This document shows, one piece after another, positions 1-8,688 of a stretch of 64,000 nt of DNA (position 1 is its first letter; each line of letters starts with the position of its first letter). The notes under the pieces are model-generated. The model worked only from the letters and a program-made list of their open reading frames with translations, made no database searches and was not told the origin of the DNA. Both the position numbers and the translations under genes were made by a program. The stretch lies in the IMG/VR virus record IMGVR_UViG_3300050821_013430, positions 248,001-312,000 of that record; one strand, 5' to 3'.

Positions 1-189
1 TTCAATCACGAGGAAGTGTTGCCCATTAGTATGGGTTACCTCGAAATCGAGTTCATCTGGCACTGCATTACTGCAAGGAATTTCAACCAGTTCACACTTG
101 AAATACACTCTTACTCTATCCGGCTTACCACGTCGCAAACGAAGTGATACCGAATTACTTCCAACTACAAGTAGTTCTCCACTGATCAT
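1..189 (-). CDS. hypothetical protein, runs off window edge
   Basis: Open frame MISGELLVVGSNSVSL... with GGAGG SD; not in ORF track (truncated). Confidence 0.6.
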   Translation of the reverse strand, partial: MISGELLVVGSNSVSLRLRRGKPDRVRVYFKCELVEIPCSNAVPDELDFEVTHTNGQHFLVIE

Positions 190-197
190 ATTGCCTC

Positions 198-226
198 CAT
201 ATAACTATGACAGGTTATGCAGTCAA
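198..226 (-). promoter_or_regulatory. possible sigma70-like promoter
   Basis: TTGACT-17nt-TATATG on minus strand; the -10 overlaps the SD, so uncertain. Confidence 0.3.
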
Positions 227-285
227 TTGTGAAGAATTAGCCCTCGTCGTCCGACAATCAGAGAATCGTTTGTAATGTGGCGGGC

Positions 286-573
286 TTAGACCTTACAAAT
301 CACCTGATCTTCGCGCAAAACCAAGTAGTTCTTGTTGTCAAACTTGACTTCGGACGCGGCGTGACGACGGAAGAGGATCCGATCACCGACTGCTACCTCT
401 AAGGGCAGAATGCCATTGTTGGTAATACGTCCAGAGCCGATAGCAACGATGGTGGCCTCGATCTCGGCGGAGTCGATATTGCCCGGCTTATAGAGCAAGC
501 CTCCGGCAATCTTCTCGTCTTCCTTCTTTTCGGGCGCTTCGCAGATAATTCCGTCTCGAATAGGTTGTAGCAT
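286..573 (-). CDS. groES: co-chaperonin GroES
   Basis: LQPIRDGII...GGLLY...IVAIGSG...LEVAVGDRILF...YLVLREDQVI is the GroES signature; AAGGAG SD supports start at 573. Confidence 0.93.
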   Translation of the reverse strand: MLQPIRDGIICEAPEKKEDEKIAGGLLYKPGNIDSAEIEATIVAIGSGRITNNGILPLEVAVGDRILFRRHAASEVKFDNKNYLVLREDQVICKV

Positions 574-577
574 AATG

Positions 578-1135
578 TTAGTCTCCTTGTATAGGCGTTT
601 CAATGATAGTAATGAGTTGTGAAAAGGCCTGCTTGATCCGTTTGACTTGCGCAGGTTTAGAGAGTGAGAGTTGAATATCCTTGCAAGGCTGTTTCAATTC
701 GGAGAGAAAGTCTTTCAGGATAGTAGGGTGATGATGCCAATAATCGTCTTTCAGTTTGGAATGGGCCCAGGAGATCAATTCCTTAGGCACCCAAGGCTTG
801 TCGGTTTGGATAGCCTTTTTTCTGCCCACTTGCAGGATTTTGATTTTGGAATTGGCAACGAAGAGGTGGAAGTACTTGGTGATCTTGATTGTGGGCCAAT
901 CAAATTCGGCAGCAAACTCGAAGAAGTTTCGATGTCCTCGGCGCTGGTTGCAGGGTTTGCAGGCAACGGTGAGATTGGTGGGGCAGAAGGCCCCGTCTTT
1001 TGAGTCAGGCACGATATGGTCTAAACTCACCTCTTCGAGATCGAGATAGCACTCGCAAAAACAGCAGATCGGCCCGTCTCGTTTGATCACTGCTTCGCGA
1101 ATGCGTTTCTCTTTACGGCGTTGGGAGGCGCTCAC
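578..1135 (-). CDS. HNH endonuclease
   Basis: CCFC...LDHIVPDSKDG...NLTVACKPCNQRRG. Confidence 0.85.
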   Translation of the reverse strand: MSASQRRKEKRIREAVIKRDGPICCFCECYLDLEEVSLDHIVPDSKDGAFCPTNLTVACKPCNQRRGHRNFFEFAAEFDWPTIKITKYFHLFVANSKIKILQVGRKKAIQTDKPWVPKELISWAHSKLKDDYWHHHPTILKDFLSELKQPCKDIQLSLSKPAQVKRIKQAFSQLITIIETPIQGD

Positions 1136-1429
1136 TTAGTTGCTCAGTAGGCTTCTCAACTCATCTACTGGGTTGAGAGGCTTATTGTCCGAAGCGGTAA
1201 TCAGTTTGGCCAAATCCATCAGCGCATCCGATACCGTCTCTCCGGATGCCTTGAAAGCCACTTCTTTGCCGCGGCCGAAGGCGTCCTTATGTCTGACTGC
1301 GGAGACATACCACTTACCGTTCTTCAATTGACTGACTAATACGCCTGGGGCGGTCTTATCCTTGTCATACTTGAACGTTAGTGCTTTTGCCACCAACTCG
1401 ATCATCGTTTCTGTATTCGTGTTCTTCAT
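1136..1429 (-). CDS. hypothetical protein
   Basis: Coupled ORF in minus-strand run. Confidence 0.7.
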   Translation of the reverse strand: MKNTNTETMIELVAKALTFKYDKDKTAPGVLVSQLKNGKWYVSAVRHKDAFGRGKEVAFKASGETVSDALMDLAKLITASDNKPLNPVDELRSLLSN

Positions 1430-2244
1430 TGTACCTCTGGGAATAATGCGTTGAGTTCTTCTTGATCACGGTTCAATAACAAGCGATACCTTGCGAATTG
1501 ATTGCTTGGCCCGTTGTTGATGATTACGTGATTGCGGCGGAGGAAATCGAGTGTCGTATCGTACTCCTTGGAAGTGATCTTGCACTTCATCGCCTTGTCT
1601 AAATTCTGCTTGATTGTCGTGGTCAATATCGGAGTAGTCGTGTTGAGCAACGAGACCAATTTTTCCGCGATATCCTTCACCTTTGTAGGTGCCTTGTCCA
1701 AAATCGAAGTGATGCTGGGCTTAGCAGATGGTAATCTAATCACCGGTGCTATTGTTGGCAAGGTGAGTTGCGTCGATTTGGTTTTGCCATCTCCAATTCC
1801 AGTACGGATAATTCCAAGCAATTCCTTCTTGCACGAAGTAAAACAAGGAGAGCAAACTTTTCGACCTTTCTTCTCGTACTCTTCGACTGTGCAGGGCCGC
1901 TCCTTAGTTAGTTTTTGTTGGCAGGCAGAAGCAAACACTCCATCCGCATTCTTGACCAAATGCACTTGATGCCCTTCCTTGGCGAAGTAGAGTTCGTTAT
2001 ACTTGCTATGTTTGAGAATGTCTCTCAATCCAATGCGAGGCTCCGGCGGAGCATCGTTCGGCTTTGTCGCCGCTCTCACCGTTTTCGTCTCCGATGTTGT
2101 CTTGACCACCTTCGGCTGAGGCTTGCCCCCGTCGAGGTCAAACTTCTTCGCCAGGTCGAGCGTCAGTTTCATCGCTTGATCGGGATCGTCCATGTACGAA
2201 AAAACCTCCGTGAAAATACCGATTACCGTTTCTTTATCCATCAT
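1426..2244 (-). CDS. hypothetical protein (Cys motif, possible C-terminal winged helix)
   Basis: 272 aa ORF overlapping both neighbours by 4 nt. Confidence 0.7.
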   Translation of the reverse strand: MMDKETVIGIFTEVFSYMDDPDQAMKLTLDLAKKFDLDGGKPQPKVVKTTSETKTVRAATKPNDAPPEPRIGLRDILKHSKYNELYFAKEGHQVHLVKNADGVFASACQQKLTKERPCTVEEYEKKGRKVCSPCFTSCKKELLGIIRTGIGDGKTKSTQLTLPTIAPVIRLPSAKPSITSILDKAPTKVKDIAEKLVSLLNTTTPILTTTIKQNLDKAMKCKITSKEYDTTLDFLRRNHVIINNGPSNQFARYRLLLNRDQEELNALFPEVQ

Positions 2245-2510
2245 CCATTACCTTTCTCTTGATGGGGCTCACCACATTGCGGGCAAATTCCCATTGTTCT
2301 TACCTTGTTGATTGTCTCTTGCCACCCATCCATAAACACACCATCACATTGATCACGATCGTTTTTCCAATACCACTGAGCCTGTTCTCGTATATCAAAC
2401 ACTCGTTGCGAACATCTTCGACAGCATATCTGTTCTGGTCGGTTGCTTACCTTATGTTCATCTTGATTCACAAGACTATACAGCGGCTTCTCACAACAAT
2501 AGCACTTCAT
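2241..2510 (-). CDS. CPQCG-tag family, CxxC-CxxC type
   Basis: CYCC...CCRRC...CPQCGEPH. Confidence 0.8.
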   Translation of the reverse strand: MKCYCCEKPLYSLVNQDEHKVSNRPEQICCRRCSQRVFDIREQAQWYWKNDRDQCDGVFMDGWQETINKVRTMGICPQCGEPHQEKGNG

Positions 2511-2770
2511 TGCTGCTCTCCTTTATGGCTTTCACCACACTGAGGACAAATGCCCATTGCTTTCACTTTCTCGATAGTACCATGCCAATCGCCTAAAAGT
2601 GATACGCTATCATACACACTCCTATAAACGGATTCTTTCCAATAGGATTGGCAGTCTTGCTTGATATCGAATACACGTTGAGAACATCCGCGACAACAAG
2701 TCTTGCCGCTTGCGTAAAACCCATTGCTGGACTTATAGACCGGCTTCTCGCACACATAGCACTTCTCCAT
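2507..2770 (-). CDS. CPQCG-tag family, CxxC-CxxC type (close paralog of 2241..2510)
   Basis: CYVC...CCRGCSQRVFDI...MGICPQCGESH. Confidence 0.8.
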   Translation of the reverse strand: MEKCYVCEKPVYKSSNGFYASGKTCCRGCSQRVFDIKQDCQSYWKESVYRSVYDSVSLLGDWHGTIEKVKAMGICPQCGESHKGEQQ

Positions 2771-3717
2771 TAGACGCTTCCTTCCAAAGTTTTGGCCACC
2801 TCAACGGCCAAATCCGTTTCCTCTTTCACAATGCCCTCGCCTACCACGCATCTCACGAAAGACAACACACGCACTCGTCCCGCCTCTCCGCATAGTGTAG
2901 TCGAGAGTTCATCGGCTAAGGTAGCGATAGTCTTCTTGGCAGTGATAACGCTCTCCTGTTCCAATAAGCAGGCCTCTGAATACCACTTGTTGAGTTTGCC
3001 TTCTGTGATCTTGGGCCAAGAGGCTTCCGGCTTGCCTAACTCCTTCAACTGGGTTTGGAAGATGCCATTCTGGCGCTCAATCAATTCGGGAGCCAGTTTG
3101 TCTCGACTAACCGCGATCGGCGCCATGGCAGCGATCTGCATGCACACATTGTCTGCAAACTCCAAAAAGGACTCGGAGTGCAGGGTATCGGCAGTAGGTG
3201 CCTCGAAGGAAGCCAAAACGCCGATCTTGTCGTTGTTATGAACATAGCGCCAAATCATCCGATTATCGCCCGAAACCTCCTCAACGAAGAAGCGGCGGAC
3301 TTGGATGTTCTCCTTAGTCTTAGCCACCAACTCTTGGCGTTGGACTTCCAACTGCTCGTTTATTGGCTGAGCGGTGGCGAAGTCTCTAACTGCCGAGGAA
3401 AGTAGTTGCTGCTCTATGGCATCGGCGAAGGAGAGAAACTCGGGAGTACGGGCTTGAAAGTCCGTATTCGAGGTTAGTTCGAACATAACGCCCATTGGGG
3501 TGTTGCCATTGGCATGATGAATACGAGCCCTGACAACACCCTCGGTAGCGACTCTGGTCTCGGTGTTCTTGGTCTGCTGCAAACCTCTGGATTTGATCAG
3601 GTCGGTGGCAGCCTCCATCTGGTAATCGGTCTCTTCCAAGGCGCGTTTGACCGCATTCATTGGGGCTTGCGTAGTTTCACGAAGTTGCTTGATGAGTTCG
3701 AGTTTATTGATGGTCAT
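2770..3717 (-). CDS. tsf: translation elongation factor Ts
   Basis: KLELIKQLRETTQAPMNAVKRALEET, ATEGVV, ELTSNTDFQAR, MQIAAMAP, CLLEQ, FVRCVVGEG; start re-called to MTINK. Confidence 0.93.
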   Translation of the reverse strand: MTINKLELIKQLRETTQAPMNAVKRALEETDYQMEAATDLIKSRGLQQTKNTETRVATEGVVRARIHHANGNTPMGVMFELTSNTDFQARTPEFLSFADAIEQQLLSSAVRDFATAQPINEQLEVQRQELVAKTKENIQVRRFFVEEVSGDNRMIWRYVHNNDKIGVLASFEAPTADTLHSESFLEFADNVCMQIAAMAPIAVSRDKLAPELIERQNGIFQTQLKELGKPEASWPKITEGKLNKWYSEACLLEQESVITAKKTIATLADELSTTLCGEAGRVRVLSFVRCVVGEGIVKEETDLAVEVAKTLEGSV

Positions 3718-3997
3718 GATAGGTGTCTTTCTTGGGATGTAATAGTGAGGTGAAAATGGTGCGCTTCCAGCCACATGCAGGACAACAGGCTGTTTTGATC
3801 AGTCGTGAAGGTTTCCACGGTGTGTCGCATTGAAAATTGAACCACATTCTATGAAGAGGCTGCAAACAAGCATCTACTTGTTCTTGCCATGCCTGTTGTT
3901 CTTGTTCGGAAGAAGAAAGCCAGTCTTTGGAAAAATCGAAACCTTGCCAAGTTCGGAACTCATTCCAAAGGCCATCTTGTAAAGTGCTGTTATTCAT
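3704..3997 (-). CDS. hypothetical protein with CPACG motif
   Basis: 3' part of track ORF; the upstream extension overlaps a + strand gene. Confidence 0.55.
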   Translation of the reverse strand: MNNSTLQDGLWNEFRTWQGFDFSKDWLSSSEQEQQAWQEQVDACLQPLHRMWFNFQCDTPWKPSRLIKTACCPACGWKRTIFTSLLHPKKDTYHDHQ

Positions 3998-4048
3998 GAG
4001 GTGAGTGCGATGGGGGCAAAAATTGGCATAGAGTGTAGGGAGATAAAG

Positions 4049-4810
4049 ATGCTGATAGCCGTGCAAAATCTGAGTACTATGGTAAGTGATGCTGATGTAG
4101 CGACAATGGTGGCCGCAATTGATGTGCAATTGAGGTTGCAATTTCTACCCGCTTGGCGAACGAATAGCGTATCCATTCAATTCTTTGCGAAAGGCACTGC
4201 TATCCCTGGCTATGCCTGGGTATTGGACGTAATTGACAACGATGCCAGCGTACCTGGGGCATTAGGCTACCACTCCGAAGATGGCGATAAAATCGATGGC
4301 TACATTATGGCCCAGCCAGTACTGACTAACGGCGGGGTACCTCTGATTTTCGACCCAACCAATCCTGGACGTTATACGGTAGCAGCGACACTTTCGCACG
4401 AGGTATGCGAGACGATAGCAGATCGCTTCGTCAATCTCTATGCGGACAACGGCAACACTTCCTGGGCAGTAGAGGTTTGCGACCCGGTGGAAAGCGTATC
4501 ATACGGCGTGGGTGTCAATGGGGTGGTGGTGGCAATGAGCGACTTCGTATTCCCCAACTTCTTCAACCAAGAAGCAACAGCATCTAACGCGCCGTTCTCG
4601 TTTATGAAGAGTGTTTCGGCTCCCTTTACTTTGGCATCGGGTGGGTATGCGGTGGTCAGGACGGGTGGGCCCGGAACCGAGCAACAGATCTACGGAAAAT
4701 CTATGCCCAAATGGCGCCGAGATCAAAAGCGTTCTGAGTTCTCACGGGCCTACAAACGCAGTGGCATTGGAAAGTCCTTTTGGGGAAGGCTTTCACGGGC
4801 TCTCTTCTAA
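4049..4810 (+). CDS. putative zinc-dependent hydrolase (GYH...SHExxExxxD...EVCDPVE)
   Basis: LGYHS, TLSHEVCETIAD, EVCDPVE motifs; GGGAG SD before ATG 4049. Confidence 0.65.
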   Translation: MLIAVQNLSTMVSDADVATMVAAIDVQLRLQFLPAWRTNSVSIQFFAKGTAIPGYAWVLDVIDNDASVPGALGYHSEDGDKIDGYIMAQPVLTNGGVPLIFDPTNPGRYTVAATLSHEVCETIADRFVNLYADNGNTSWAVEVCDPVESVSYGVGVNGVVVAMSDFVFPNFFNQEATASNAPFSFMKSVSAPFTLASGGYAVVRTGGPGTEQQIYGKSMPKWRRDQKRSEFSRAYKRSGIGKSFWGRLSRALF

Positions 4811-4969
4811 CCTTCGCAACGGAAACCTCTCTCCGCACACTGAGCACTTATGATAAGCGTCCTTGGCTTTCCTATTCATAGTCAGGATTAGCACTCCCTT
4901 GCACTCCTCGTTTTCACAGGGCGGGCCATACAACTCAAACATCGGGACATCGACATTCTTTGGGGACAT
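4793..4969 (-). CDS. small zinc-finger-like protein (58 aa)
   Basis: Manual translation MSPKNVDVPMFELYGPPCENEEC...HKCSVCGERF. Confidence 0.55.
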   Translation of the reverse strand: MSPKNVDVPMFELYGPPCENEECKGVLILTMNRKAKDAYHKCSVCGERFPLRRLEESP

Positions 4970-4980
4970 TGATCATCCTT

Positions 4981-5220
4981 TCAATCAACTGGATATTCGT
5001 CTTCGACCGTAGTACCAATAACCAACGGTTTGCCGATTTCCGTCCAATAATCCTCGGTTGCCAATTCTCGGGAGAAGTCTTGCGCGGCTATCTTTTTGGC
5101 CATCTCGAAGGCTTCTTCTTGTGAGGAAGCCTCTATATCTTTGAGAGATGAAAATCGTTGTTCGACAATCACTTCAATCACATAGTGTTTGAGCTTTTGC
5201 TTCTTGGTTCGCTTTTTCAT
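4981..5220 (-). CDS. hypothetical protein
   Basis: ATGA-coupled to upstream tagged ORF. Confidence 0.65.
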   Translation of the reverse strand: MKKRTKKQKLKHYVIEVIVEQRFSSLKDIEASSQEEAFEMAKKIAAQDFSRELATEDYWTEIGKPLVIGTTVEDEYPVD

Positions 5221-5615
5221 TGGTGCTCTTTCCTGCACTGCCCACACAACTTCTTCTCCTTGGCGAACATCCTATCAAGAACGCCATCGGTATAGGCCGC
5301 GTCATCTTCCCCATCATACAGTTCTTCCAATGCCATCTTGGACTTGAACGGCTTGAACAAACCGTCGAGATGACCATCCGATATGCTTCGCCATCGCTTG
5401 GAACGGGTGAGATAGATCACGGCGTTCTCAGTCGAAAGATACCATTCGAGGGCGATGAGTTTGGTATCCTCGAATATCGCGGCGAAACAATGGCCATCAT
5501 TACAATGGGCTCGAAGGGCTTTTTCGTTGTCGGAACGCAGATCGCGCTCAATCTTGCCGAAGGGCTTCTTGCAACGGGGGCAGCCACGCTTTTGTAGGTC
5601 ATCCCAAGTAATCAT
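5217..5615 (-). CDS. CPQCG-tag family variant (CGQCRKEH)
   Basis: CPRC...C..GHC...LCGQCRKEHQ*. Confidence 0.7.
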   Translation of the reverse strand: MITWDDLQKRGCPRCKKPFGKIERDLRSDNEKALRAHCNDGHCFAAIFEDTKLIALEWYLSTENAVIYLTRSKRWRSISDGHLDGLFKPFKSKMALEELYDGEDDAAYTDGVLDRMFAKEKKLCGQCRKEHQ

Positions 5616-5818
5616 CTGCCACAATCCTTTCCACACTGCGGGCACATCCCAAACGGAAACTCCATAAAGAATCTAACCATCGAGTCTATATCGCTTGGGG
5701 AGAACTTGATTGTGGTAGTGGGCTTGTAATCCAAACTTCCACCGCCAGGCAGGTGCAAATCCTCATTACGCAGCGAAACACACTTTCCAGTAGTATGGTC
5801 GTATATGGCTTGGCTCAT
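5612..5818 (-). CDS. CPQCG-tag family variant, unrelated body
   Basis: Ends MCPQCGKDCGR*; ATGA coupling. Confidence 0.65.
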   Translation of the reverse strand: MSQAIYDHTTGKCVSLRNEDLHLPGGGSLDYKPTTTIKFSPSDIDSMVRFFMEFPFGMCPQCGKDCGR

Positions 5819-5822
5819 CTGA

Positions 5823-6293
5823 CTAACATCCCCACGGCATCTCTCTGGCAATCATCTCTACATCTGCCAACTCTACCCAATCCGTGCTTTCATCGATGAT
5901 GCCAATCTTCTCTAACCAAGCATCGGCAATCCATCTGGTACCCTTATAGCCAGCAATAACGGGGCCTATACCACCGTCATTGAGATGCAGAAACTGAAAC
6001 GGTAGGTTTTGATTGCCTCGACTGACGACATCTTTGTTGGGAAGGGGAAGTGTAGTGGAAAAGGCCCTGCTCAATTTGGGGCGATCCAGGTGCATTCGGG
6101 CTATCCCTAACTGGCAGGTCGAGTTGCCCATCCCTCGGTAGAGCTCGAACGGATAGATGGTCATCGAGGAACAATGACCGATGACATCCATATTGTCTCC
6201 CACACAAACAAGGATTTTGGGGGTGGGTTTGGGTGGTGCTTTGGCTAATCCTAATTGGAAGAGCAGGTTATGGATGGTGCGTTTGAGGTTCAT
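5823..6293 (-). CDS. hypothetical protein
   Basis: Coupled ORF. Confidence 0.65.
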   Translation of the reverse strand: MNLKRTIHNLLFQLGLAKAPPKPTPKILVCVGDNMDVIGHCSSMTIYPFELYRGMGNSTCQLGIARMHLDRPKLSRAFSTTLPLPNKDVVSRGNQNLPFQFLHLNDGGIGPVIAGYKGTRWIADAWLEKIGIIDESTDWVELADVEMIAREMPWGC

Positions 6294-6778
6294 TGACTTT
6301 TAGGAGCGCTATATGCTATCGCGAAGCCACGACATTCGGGTGCGATCACTTCCTCGGCTTCCAAGGTCATCTCATCGACCAGTATCCAATCCTGAGCCAT
6401 ATAGGATGTCTGGCACTCTGTAATCCAAGCGTTTTTGACTTCCACTTTCCCCACGACAAGGTTATTCACCGTAATTTGGAAGGGCAATCTCTGAGCATTC
6501 TGATGCACAAAACCCCGGGAAAAGACTTCTGCTATCTTGGCTTTGTCGAAACGAATGTACTGGGCAGTAAGCCGATTTTCAGGCGGATCGTTATCAGTTG
6601 GAAACTCGGGCTTTGACCAATTGAGACGCTGAGCCAGTCCCACTAATTGATCGCCAACGAAGATTTGGATGCTGGCTACCGGCTCTTCTGGTTTTGCGCA
6701 AGCCTCTTGCACGGCATCGATAATCTTCTGCAAAAGAGCAATGGCTTCTTCTCGGGTCAGGTCTTGTAGCGTTTTCAT
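6290..6778 (-). CDS. hypothetical protein
   Basis: AAGGAG SD; N-terminus MKTLQDLTREEAI resembles neighbour MKPLDSFTHDEAI. Confidence 0.65.
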   Translation of the reverse strand: MKTLQDLTREEAIALLQKIIDAVQEACAKPEEPVASIQIFVGDQLVGLAQRLNWSKPEFPTDNDPPENRLTAQYIRFDKAKIAEVFSRGFVHQNAQRLPFQITVNNLVVGKVEVKNAWITECQTSYMAQDWILVDEMTLEAEEVIAPECRGFAIAYSAPKSQ

Positions 6779-6806
6779 CGTATCTCCTTGCACTTCCTAT
6801 ATCCGG

Positions 6807-7055
6807 CTATTCTACCGTCGGTTTGGGGTAGTAATCTGGCAGCGTCGATATAACCAAATCCATCTCGCACTGATTATCGAAGTCGTTGTCATAGGTAGGG
6901 ATGACCACACCTAACTCATTGGATAGCCAATATAGGAAGTCATCGGTCAGCCCGGTATGGCCAATGATATACTCTTGGCGAGCGCGGAGGGTGTTGGCGA
7001 TCCGAAGAAGTTTATCGATGGCTTCGTCGTGGGTAAAACTGTCTAATGGTTTCAT
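6807..7055 (-). CDS. hypothetical protein
   Basis: N-terminal similarity to 6290..6778. Confidence 0.65.
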   Translation of the reverse strand: MKPLDSFTHDEAIDKLLRIANTLRARQEYIIGHTGLTDDFLYWLSNELGVVIPTYDNDFDNQCEMDLVISTLPDYYPKPTVE

Positions 7056-7159
7056 TGTCTTTCTCTTTCTTACTCAGAGCGATCTATCGGACTCGAACCG
7101 ATGGTGATGTCTGCTTGGAAGGCAGATGCAGTCGCCGCTGTGCCAAGATCGCCTATATC

Positions 7160-7369
7160 TCAGTCGTCGTCCCGATCCCAACTTTGAGTATCACTCTCGA
7201 CCGGTTGAGCATCATTATCTCGATATCCACCTCGGCCATCATTGATCCAACGACCACGATTTCGACATTCGCATATCAACACTGGGCCATCTCCGCAACG
7301 ACCGTCATAATAGGCCGCTGCACCACACTTGGAACACACATAATTACTCATCACACACCTCTTTACCAC
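7160..7369 (-). CDS. small Cys-rich zinc-ribbon-like protein
   Basis: CSKCG...CGDG...CEC. Confidence 0.55.
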   Translation of the reverse strand: MVKRCVMSNYVCSKCGAAAYYDGRCGDGPVLICECRNRGRWINDGRGGYRDNDAQPVESDTQSWDRDDD

Positions 7370-7544
7370 ATCGTGTCTTGCACCGCGGGCACAATTTGAC
7401 TATCATCTCACCACAATGGGCACACTTCTCAGGTGTGAGGCCGTTGTAGTTGGTCAGTTTTCCGCAGGCATCGCAACCTACTACATTGACCAAGCCGATG
7501 GCGATGGTCTCATAGACTTCCCAGCCATTCACACCTTTATTCAT
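7344..7544 (-). CDS. small zinc-ribbon protein
   Basis: CDACG, CAHCG, CPRC. Confidence 0.6.
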   Translation of the reverse strand: MNKGVNGWEVYETIAIGLVNVVGCDACGKLTNYNGLTPEKCAHCGEMIVKLCPRCKTRCGKEVCDE

Positions 7545-7549
7545 CGCTT

Positions 7550-8644
7550 TTACTTGCCCCAGTTTATGCGGATTTCCTCGAAGGGCAAACCTAATACCAC
7601 ATCAGGCCCGACCCCCATAACGAAGGTGATCGCTTCCTCGAAAGAAACATTGGCTGCCCGTTGCACTCTCGCCACAGCGTTTTGCTCTGCTCTGGTCAAA
7701 TCTCTCCCGCCCCAAGTAGGAGCCACTACATTCGGCTCTTCCAATACACCCTCAAAACTGGTTTCGCCCTTTTCGTTATGGGGCCGGTGCTTCCAGGCGT
7801 GTTCTTCGCCTGATCCAGGTGGTAGGTGCTGAAACCCTTTGTTGATCTCGTGCTTCTTCTCGGAAGTGAAAGCGGCAGCCATATAGCCTTGCCGATATCC
7901 TGCATAGTCGATGTCGAATGGTGTCCCCACATACATCTCGTGATGCTGTTTGCGGGCGATATAAGCCTCTCGCGGACTGCCCCACTGATCCAAGTGAATG
8001 TCCTCGGTGCCATCTTGAAAGCCCTCTTGATAGGATTTGGAAGTGGCTAACTTCTCAAACCGAGCGGCAAGAGAAGCGGTCTTGGGCTCTTTGTATCTGC
8101 CAGTCGGGAATACTACCCCTAATATCATCCGACCACTATCTCGAAGTTCAAGAACAACGTCAATATGATCGCCGTAATGCCAAACGTGCTTTCTATGTGT
8201 GGCCACGGTGATGGGCGGAATAGCCTCGGTAATCACTTTGGAGAACTTCTTGAACTGATCCAGTTGCTGATCAGGCGTCAAAAAAGTCATCTCCGCTATC
8301 ATCGTCAGTTTATACGTATTGTCCGTAACAGGAGCGTCCTTGAAATGGAGGTCTGTTCCTATGGTGTTTATGCTCTTGAAATATCTGGTTAACCTATCGA
8401 ACAGGCTATATGGCGCCGAGGTATGGGCAGGCTGACGAGTAATGGGTTTTGGCTTCTCCGGCTCTTCTTTGCCTCCCCACATTTGAGCCCGCATCTTACA
8501 TTGACGACATACATAGTTCGGATCGGGATCCATATAGGGATTGTCGTAGCCGCACTCTTTGCAAACCGCAGTAGCGTTTTTGACAAGTGAAGAGGCCAGT
8601 TTATGGAAGAGAGCGGCGAGGGCGATCAGTCGTTCAGCGTTCAT
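7550..8644 (-). CDS. hypothetical multidomain protein (candidate virion/late protein)
   Basis: Start re-called to MNAERLIALA at 8644 to avoid overlap with the divergent Kelch gene; CKECG/CRQC zinc ribbon. Confidence 0.7.
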   Translation of the reverse strand: MNAERLIALAALFHKLASSLVKNATAVCKECGYDNPYMDPDPNYVCRQCKMRAQMWGGKEEPEKPKPITRQPAHTSAPYSLFDRLTRYFKSINTIGTDLHFKDAPVTDNTYKLTMIAEMTFLTPDQQLDQFKKFSKVITEAIPPITVATHRKHVWHYGDHIDVVLELRDSGRMILGVVFPTGRYKEPKTASLAARFEKLATSKSYQEGFQDGTEDIHLDQWGSPREAYIARKQHHEMYVGTPFDIDYAGYRQGYMAAAFTSEKKHEINKGFQHLPPGSGEEHAWKHRPHNEKGETSFEGVLEEPNVVAPTWGGRDLTRAEQNAVARVQRAANVSFEEAITFVMGVGPDVVLGLPFEEIRINWGK

Positions 8645-8688
8645 TTCCAAATGCCGAATTACGCATATCGGTTTTCCCGCATTCTTGT

